From NCBI RefSeq assembly GCF_001194135.2, contig NC_068992.1, forward strand, positions 20,759,174 through 20,822,035: a DNA stretch of 62,862 bases, written 5' to 3'. The stretch's first letter is position 1. The number at the start of each line of letters is the position of its first letter. The position numbers and the translations under genes were made by a program. Under the pieces are notes generated by a model that worked only from the letters and a program-made list of their open reading frames with translations, did no database searches and had not been told where the DNA came from. Of the stretch, positions 54,457 through 62,862 are shown piece by piece. This DNA is from Octopus bimaculoides (taxonomy: Eukaryota).

Positions 54457-57400
54457 TATATANNNNNNNNNNNNNNNNNNNNNNNNNNNNNNNNNNNNNN
54501 NNNNNNNNNNNNNNNNNNNNNNNNNNNNNNNNNNNNNNNNNNNNNNNNNNNNNNNNNNNNNNNNNNNNNNNNNNNNNNNNNNNNNNNNNNNNNNNNNNNN
54601 NNNNNNNNNNNNNNNNNNNNNNNNNNNNNNNNNNNNNNNNNNNNNNNNNNNNNNNNNNNNNNNNNNNNNNNNNNNNNNNNNNNNNNNNNNNNNNNNNNNN
54701 NNNNNNNNNNNNNNNNNNNNNNNNNNNNNNNNNNNNNNNNNNNNNNNTATATATATATTTGTAATGACGATTAAAGTTAATCAGTTTTAAAAGATCAATT
54801 ACAGTAGCGCATCATTTCCAGTTTCTAACTCAAATACACTAAATGTGATCCATTCTCTTTTAATTTTGCACCAACAATAAACACCAAATCTCCAAACGTG
54901 TAAATTTCGTGTTTCAAGTGTTGTTTAGTTAATGTTATTCGTTTTGATTAATACAGTTTCCTAACGTATCGATTGCCTACCATACGTTTGATCAATAAAG
55001 TTGAACAGTGTATATTAGATAGTAGGCATGCTTGATGAAGAGACCGGACAATGATTGTTCCAAAATTATAGTCTTTGATTTATTTAATCACTGCAATATA
55101 TTTCAAAAGAACAGAAGCCTATTGCATTGCAACAAATGCTGGGTCACGCTCAGACATATTGTTCTTTGTGTTTACTTTTATCTACTGTTTTATTCGTGAG
55201 TATTTACGCAACATGATGTGTGGTTTCAATAAAAGATCATTGTCTTGTATTTTCCTTTATATAGTAACAATACATTTCGCTGATTGTAAACGAAATGACA
55301 TCTACACTTACAGTGAAAATATAGATCTGGCAATATTTATGTATACCTTGATATTTGCTGTATTAAGTCTGAACAATGTATTGATTATTTGCATCGTATA
55401 TCAGATTATATTCCAGTTCACACTTTGTTATTTGCTTTCTTTCTGAGATTTACTGTTCTTGGTTACTTTTGTATAGAATTAAATAATTTTAATGTCAACA
55501 AAGCACGCCTTCCTTCAGAGAATTCATTGATTCTCTTCACAGCTTCCTGAACATTACATTAGTTGCACACACGCCCAAATAGTCGAACTCTCCCTCTCCT
55601 TTCTCTTTTTCCCTCTCACGTTCACCCACAGTTCAAATAGAAGTACAGAGATATTTCTTGAATTACCTTTCCTCACGATTTAAGTTTCATGCATATGCGA
55701 TCTTCCTGTGTGTATTGGTTCCTTCCTTCCTCATTTTTTCTTATACAACATTTATATTCGTATTAATTGAAATAATCTAATAGCAAGAAATAGAGAACAA
55801 TAAGTGTGATGAAAAAAATATTTCATGCCATTGTGACAAAAATTGTATATGCACAACAATAACAGAAATTAATCAGATCTAAGAAGAATGGACAAATGAC
55901 ATGAATTTTAATGAATCTAATTGTTTCGTTTTTCATTCTAAAAGGAATTTCATTAGGAACTTCATTTAGTATATCAATTTACCACCTACACACAATTTAT
56001 CCGATTTTCAAATCTATGCCATTCACTTTTTTGAATGATTTGTAAAACATCTTGTATATATCGAAGGTTTTATTAAGTAATCAAAACAGATTGAGTTGAC
56101 TCAACTAGACATGATATATGTCTATAAACTGTTATGTGTTAGGCAAAGATCTAATTTTCTAACAAGCATAAAAATTAACTTTGCGACAATGAATATATAT
56201 ATATATATATATATATATANNNNNNNNNNNNNNNNNNNNNNNNNNNNNNNNNNNNNNNNNNNNNNNNNNNNNNNNNNNNNNNNNNNNNNNNNNNNNNNNN
56301 NNNNNNNNNNNNNNNNNNNNNNNNNNNNNNNNNNNNNNNNNNNNNNNNNNNNNNNNNNNNNNNNNNNNNNNNNNNNNNNNNNNNNNNNNNNNNNATATAT
56401 ATATATATACATACATACATACATAAGTTAATACACACACACACACAAACACGCATATATATAGGTTCATACTATCTGTATATGCCTGTATGTATATGCC
56501 TCCATGTATGTATGCACTTCCGTAGACACACTTCTGTTTATTAGTATTTGCTTGTATGGGTACGAGTGTGTGTTTGCCTGTAAAACGAGTGTGTGTTTGC
56601 CTGATTTTATTTTAAACTCACAAATGCTATTAACCTTTGCTGGAATTATGGCTTGATTCATTTGTTACTTGATTCAACTATTGCTCTTCTTTACACATTC
56701 TAAAATAATACATGACGTCCTACCGTCTGCTCTACATCTGTCATAAACGTATACAAAAACTATACACAAATCACATATGTGTGCATATATGTGTGCGTGT
56801 GTGCGTATGTGAGTGTGCATGTGTCTGTGTGTACGCCGGGTGGTGTAAGTACGTGGGTCTGTGCGGTTGTATTTGTGCTTATGTGTCAGTATACTTCCTT
56901 GAGTTTGTTTGGATGTTTATATGCTTGTGCATAAGTTTATATGTCAGTGTATTAACGCTGATAAACATAGGCGAAAATCTAAATAACTATGACGAAAAGC
57001 CTTTGAATTAAAATTTCTCGCTTGGTATTCGTTCTGCCGAATTGATCTGATCCGCTTTGTTCTCTCTTGCCATAAAAACTCCAGTGAAGCAGGTATCATT
57101 CCTTTGAAAATGTGTAACCAGCCTTGGTACTCTTGAAATAATTCTCAAAATGCGGCATATGACTAAACAAAATGAACGCCATTTCATAATTCATAATTAT
57201 GATCACATTAATTCTCGTTGAAATTTTCCGCGATTCATTGGTGATATTAATTCCTACTTTGTTAATAATTATAAACACATAAGTACTTTCCGAATTAGTT
57301 TTCAGGCAGACACAGACCACGATCTGGCATAGAATTGTTACGAGCTTTCAACGAGTGCATTATTCACTATAGAGTACACGAAGCATGTTAAAGAACATGA

Positions 57401-57544
57401 TAGGCTAAATGTCTTGGTATCTACAGAACGTTTATTGGTAACACGATTCTAATTTGTGGAAGGATAGTTTGTTATCCATATTTTCTAATCCTCCGACATG
57501 ATGACCGTGTTATTGATAGTTGTACTTTGAAACCATCGTTGGTC

Positions 57545-58223
57545 AGCAGCTTCAGGGAATATGTAAGCAGTGAGGAGAAATGTTGTGTATGTTTGGAAGA
57601 ACATGTGTGTGGGAGATTTTTTTCAACTTTAAAATTGAACAAGACTTACCTGCGTTCCAAGCTGACAGTTGAACATTTGAAATCATCATTAAAATTGACA
57701 ACAGCCAGAACAATAATGCCAGAAATGTCTGAGCTGGTTAAAGAAAAGTGGTGCCAGACAAGTAGCCAGTATATTTAAGTAGAGAGTACATCCTTTCTAT
57801 ATATTTATGTCTTATGTGTCATAAATATGTCTAACGATCTTTGTCATAGGTTGTTGAGAAATAAATATGCTGCCGTTGCTTGAGAATCGAATTCTGGTGT
57901 CTTGATTTATAATCTATAAGGTTGAAGAAAAAGTTCGTGCGTCGTGTTAAAATAATACTTTTTTATATTTTTTGTGCTGTTTGTCTTCATTCAGTTCATA
58001 TCACGTTCAATGGTGACTCACTGTTGAAAAGTACCCAAGACTTGTTCATCGAAGACGCGCAAATCTACATACCGCCACATTATATGGATATAATGAGAAG
58101 CAGCATCAGTTATAGCTTTTCTTTGAAATAGTTCTAAACAAACGCAGAAAATATAGTGTTGCCCTTTAAGACCTCCACCGTCATGAGGTTTGGCTCCTGA
58201 GTCATTTGAGTTGGAGACCCCTG
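57545..58223 (+). mobile_element. hAT (Charlie/SPIN-like) 3' fragment: transposase dimerisation-domain C-terminus + right TIR
   Basis: MLCMFGRTCV/(shift)GRFFSTLKLNKTYLRSKLTVEHLKSSLKLTTARTIMPEMSELVKEKWCQTS* fits the Charlie-type hATC pattern FGSTY.CE..FS..K.NK...RS.L...HL. Ends gagttggagacccctg (58208-58223), revcomp CAGGGGTCTCCAACTC, a typical Charlie-group TIR. Confidence 0.85.
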
Positions 58224-58290
58224 GTACAAACATATGACCAATACAAATGGATATACATATAAATATATATTTATGCATATACATAAATGC

Positions 58291-58321
<31 letters not shown>

Positions 58322-59799
58322 CATACATACATACATACATACATACATACATACATACATACATACATACATGTATTTACATAAATACGTTTCAATAGAT
58401 TCACTCCCATTGTGTGTGCTTATGTGCGTGTTTGAGTTATATTCTTGTAATAAAATTGTATCTCTTTGCAGCATGCTTCATCACAAATTTACATTGACAG
58501 AAAATATTTCCTAGGGATGAAATTACAAGTGTGACATTATTGTTTACATATATTTGTAATGATTAATAAATTATAGTAATTCATATGTCCTCTCAGTAAT
58601 TTAATTTTCATTCTTACAAATGTGTGAGTTGCAGCATATGCAAATATACATAAAAAACGCAAAGCTTAATAGTAGTTTCAATGCAACGTTGGTCTTGATA
58701 CACTTCTAGCTGTTATTTTTGTACATCATTTGTATTGTTTCCTTTGCTTTTTGGTTGGTGTTGATTCCCAAATGTCAGAACTAATGAATCTGGTGTACGT
58801 TCAAAGGCATTGCAGCCCCACGGGCTTGTCAATTAGTGTGCATCTACGACTACCTTATACCGTATTTCCTACACACAAAAAGCTATGGCGTAATTAAAGC
58901 GACATTTAACTTCTATATCAAGACTGTTCAAGGACACGGTTTGTTGAAGGAAAAATGCGAATTTGTGTCAATGTTACCATTTCTGTTATACCGCACCCAC
59001 CTTTTCGAAAGAATTCCAGATGATTTACTTTATAAATAACTCTGGGCTAATGATTTTTTTCTTCTTTGTCATTTATAACGCGTGTTATTCAGGATCACAT
59101 TCTTTCATTCAACATAAAAAAATAACAAAGTTTGGCGAAGACTCTTTGTATTTTTATTAAAGTTAAACTATATACCACACACCATCTAAATTTATCACAC
59201 TACAAATAAACATTTCTATGTATATGTTTCGATGCCATTTCAAATATAAATATTTTAAATCTGTCTTTTTTTATATTTTCAAATTACCAAATTCGAGTTT
59301 TAAAATATTCAGTAATATTTTATAAAGATGCTAATTATAATTTAATTTTCCTTAACATATGATTAGAAGGCAAATCTATACATACCGGTAAAAGAGAATT
59401 CATCTAAAACAAGCTAATTACAACTCAAGATATTATCTCTGATATGTTAGCAGATTTTGCTTTTAAAATTCCGAATTTCTGCAAAAAAATTGACAATCAT
59501 TCGCATGCATAAGAAAATGCACATACATACCTCAACATACGTGAACATATATTTAATGCACACATTTACACACACACACATACCTTTCCATAGAGATAGA
59601 TAGATAAATAGATATATAGATAGATAAATAGATAGATAGATAGATACATTGATGATAAATTTTAAGTAATTATGATGTCTCCTTCAGGTGTGACTGAACT
59701 TGAATCTTTTCACCTAGAATGAATCACAACTGTAGAGAGTTTGTCAAGTCATGTACATCTTAAATATCCAAGTCTTCATTCTCTACATGAATATTCATT

Positions 59800-60015
59800 T
59801 TTTTTTTTTATGTTTTAAAATGTTTGAAATTTTGTGGTATCAGGTAGACGGTCACATCGACACCATTGCTCAAGCTGGCTCTTATTTTATGAACCTGGAA
59901 TGGATGAAAGGCAAAATCCACTGCAGTGGTTGATTATGAATTCACTCAAAACGGGAAGAAATGCCATTAAGCAATTTTTTCCGGCGTTGAAAAGATTCGA
60001 CAGGCTGCGTTCCTT
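59800..60015 (-). mobile_element. SINE family B, degenerate (a further fragment lies at ~60150-60240)
   Basis: aagctggctcttattttatgaacctggaatggatgaaaggcaaaatccac...gccattaagcaattttttccggcg. Confidence 0.7.
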
Positions 60016-60309
60016 TCCATTACCACCAAATAATGTCTAATTGAAAGCGAATGCCGATACATCTACAAATCTGTGTCGTCTCAAGCATCGTCCAAACAAC
60101 CAGGGAAGATATAACGATGCACGGCGTCCGACGCTCTAACACAATCGCGAATAAAACACTCTGGACTGGTATTCTTTTATCAACTTCCAAAACCGAATGA
60201 TCAAAGTTGAACTCCGTAGGATTCCATCTCACGCTCTAACGGTTCTCCTCACGACAAATGTTGATCATTTATTGTTGCTTTTATCTTTTGCGTTATTTTT
60301 TACTTCATT

Positions 60310-60500
60310 TGATCATTTCACTGCAGCCCTGGTGACGTGCTGTCTTCAAGGATTTTTAGTCGAACAATTTGATTCCAGTATTAATTTTGTGTTTTTACTT
60401 TTAACATATACGTCACGTTTACAGAAGCGCTAACCTGCGACGACGTACACAAGCAAACACTAGATGCCAATCTGTTGGTTGGGGACAATACTGACAAACC
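60310..60500 (-). mobile_element. SINE family C tail, degenerate
   Basis: catttcactgcagccctgg...cttcaaggatttttagtcgaacaatttgattccagta...agcgctaacctgcgacgacgtacac. Confidence 0.65.
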
Positions 60501-61799
60501 CACACACACACACACACACAAGTTCGTGTGTGTACGCACGCTTTCGTGTGTTTTTTAGTGTTTGTCGATCTGTTATGAGCAAAGGTCTTGGCGTGTTTGA
60601 TGCCTACCAGTAGCCAGGAGATGATGTCTATCCGTTCTTCTAGCCGTTGTCTGATCGGTTTGTTAGTAACAGTCTTGTATATTCCCGATTTACATGAACT
60701 GTTTATTTTATCGGAAAGTGACGTTTTGTGGGAGTGAATTCAGTTGAATAATTTGGTACAGGCAATATTCGAGACATCTTTTGTAACCACTTGCCTTCGT
60801 AGAAAGAGCTGGCTACTGAGACCTAACTGCAGTCACAGTAAACCATTCTTTCCATTCAAATGTTTGACGTCCTTCAAGTGACTGCTGTCTCCGTGCTATT
60901 CCGTCTCTAGGAGTTCCTAGCCATGTTTTTGTTGCCACCAGATGATCACATGAAGACTTAGAATATGTTTCCTCGGGAAAATTCTGTAGAATTATTTTTG
61001 TTTGACGATGATTATTTGCATATTATTTTGCATCACAAAATGATACAGTCAACAATTGTCATCAGAATATTTGAAATTCATGAAAGACACTTTTGTCTTC
61101 TTTTTTATGAATCTGTACTTCTGTGGCACACCGGCATGAAATGTTAGAAAGAGAGGCTGTTAACTACTTACTATAGCTTTGTCAGATTGATCACAAAATA
61201 AATATTTGAGACGTAGTTGAGCACATGTAAAAGAATGTAATTATAGAAATTAAATCTCATTGTGTGGACGATATTTTACTTAGTCACGGCTGAGTGCTTG
61301 ACGTTAGATAATCTAAGATTTTGGCCTAAAATCTAATGTTCTGTAAGACAGTTTTGCTATCATTGTTTTAAAATATTGAAGAATATTTATTTCTGCATCC
61401 TATTTATTATATCTAAAGTGTATTTAGAAAATGATTGCTTTCATGAAAAGTTTGAAGAGATTTCTAGCATAGAAGTATATCTATCCAACGTTAGAAAATG
61501 TGAAATACTGGTTCAAACTGGTAGGAAAAACCGAATGTAATTTTCTGCCGCATATTTTAGCCTGAAACAAGATGTTTTATCCTTAGTGAAAACCAAATAT
61601 AAAAGAATAATAATATATATTCATGTATAAAACTGATTCTCTTACCTTCGATATAAATAATAAAAACATTAAAACAAAAAATTCACGCAGCATACATATT
61701 CCCTCCGGCATACAAGAATGCATATTTCGAAAAGAGTTTTCACAGATCCTGTAAACTTTCCTGTGCCATTTGACATTGTACATCCCCGTGTGTTATGCA

Positions 61800-61918
61800 C
61801 GAGTCTACTTTTGCATATTTGCACCATGTATATACACACACATGCACACGCACATACACGCATGCATACATGAATACATACATATGTACATATACATATA
61901 CATATATATGTATCTATA

Positions 61919-61972
<54 letters not shown>

Positions 61973-62120
61973 TATATATATATATATGCTTATATATATA
62001 TATATGTCTGTGTATATATGTATATATATATGTATATATGTATATGTATATGCATATATATATATGTATACATTTATGCACACATACACACACGCACATA
62101 CGCACACATACACACACACT

Positions 62121-62159
<39 letters not shown>

Positions 62160-62410
62160 CTATATACACTCTTATGTACCTATATATCGATCCATCTGCT
62201 TCTTTTTCCTCTGTCTTCTTTATCATTAATTTCCCATCCATATAACTATATGCACAACACACACATGGCACACACACACTTACACACGCACACACACTTA
62301 TACACACACACACACGCACACATATATATATACACACCCCCACACACACGTTCATATGAAAAACATGCATGCGTGTGTGTGTATATGTGTGTGCGTGTGT
62401 GTATTTACTC
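61800..62410. repeat. Compound (TA)n/(CA)n/(TG)n low-complexity tract
   Basis: Directly visible; source of the YIYI/HTHT ORFs. Confidence 0.95.
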
Positions 62411-62635
62411 ACATCCAGGTGTGTATATGCATAAACGTGAGCATCAATAATTAAATGTGTTTGCTGTGAGGGTGTCGCTACGCATGCGCATGTGTGGAGG
62501 GTGTTTACAGATGTGAAGTTGCCTGAATAGTGGCATAATTTTCTTTTATTGAAAACACTTGCTTTGAGGGATAACTAACCATCAATATCTACTGTTTTTT
62601 TTAATGTGCGTGTGTGTGTATGTGTNNNNNNNNNN

Positions 62636-62862
62636 CTTATGTACCTATATATCGATCCATCTGCTTCTTTTTCCTCTGTCTTCTTTATCATTAATTTCCC
62701 ATCCATATAACTATATGCACAACACACACATGGCACACACACACTTACACACGCACACACACTTATACACACACACACACGCACACATATATATATACAC
62801 ACCCCCACACACACGTTCATATGAAAAACATGCATGCGTGTGTGTGTATATGTGTGTGCGTG
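62636..62862. other. Exact duplicate of 62171-62397 after a 10-N gap (likely assembly overlap)
   Basis: 227 bp starting cttatgtacctatatatcgatcc, identical by eye in both places. N-run at 62626-62635. Confidence 0.85.

Noticed and set aside
55075-55446. 123-aa hydrophobic ORF with a GPI-signal-like stretch (NAGSRSDILFFVFTFIYCFI)
   Set aside because: Hydrophobicity is expected from T-rich DNA; no good acceptor and no recognisable homology.
60545-60960. Coding-like minus-strand segment considered as a Penelope/DIRS/Tx1 remnant
   Set aside because: No diagnostic motif (GIY-YIG, RT or RNase H) recognised in any frame; left unassigned.
61770-62450. 226-aa and overlapping YIYI/HTHT/CVCV ORFs, and similar ones throughout the track
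   Set aside because: Translations of dinucleotide microsatellites and N-runs.

Overview
Eukaryotic, AT-rich, microsatellite-dense, repeat-dominated DNA with 13 N-gaps, most beside (TA)n tracts. The SINE families and composition suggest an octopus/cephalopod genome (inference). I cannot support any intact host gene, tRNA/rRNA gene or CRISPR array. Most ORFs in the track are microsatellite or N-gap artefacts. The window is a transposon graveyard: a 2-kb decayed RTE/BovB-like LINE, R4/Dong-like LINE pieces, Tc1, mariner, hAT-Charlie and Helitron remnants, a structurally complete MITE (37-bp perfect TIRs, 8-bp TSD) nested in a SINE, and over 20 tRNA-type SINE copies. The best leads are: (1) two unrelated inserts sitting inside (AAT)n microsatellites, one the 3' end of an R4/Dong-like LINE and one a ~560-bp non-coding element whose second copy abuts an R4-type RT; (2) all four combinations of two SINE heads and two SINE tails; (3) the Merlin-like MITE with telomere-type repeats; (4) an unexplained ~2.5-kb block with a 570-bp-offset duplication. 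I see no convincing novel multi-gene system. All family calls come from manual translation and motif recall, not database searches. Boundaries are approximate unless stated as exact.
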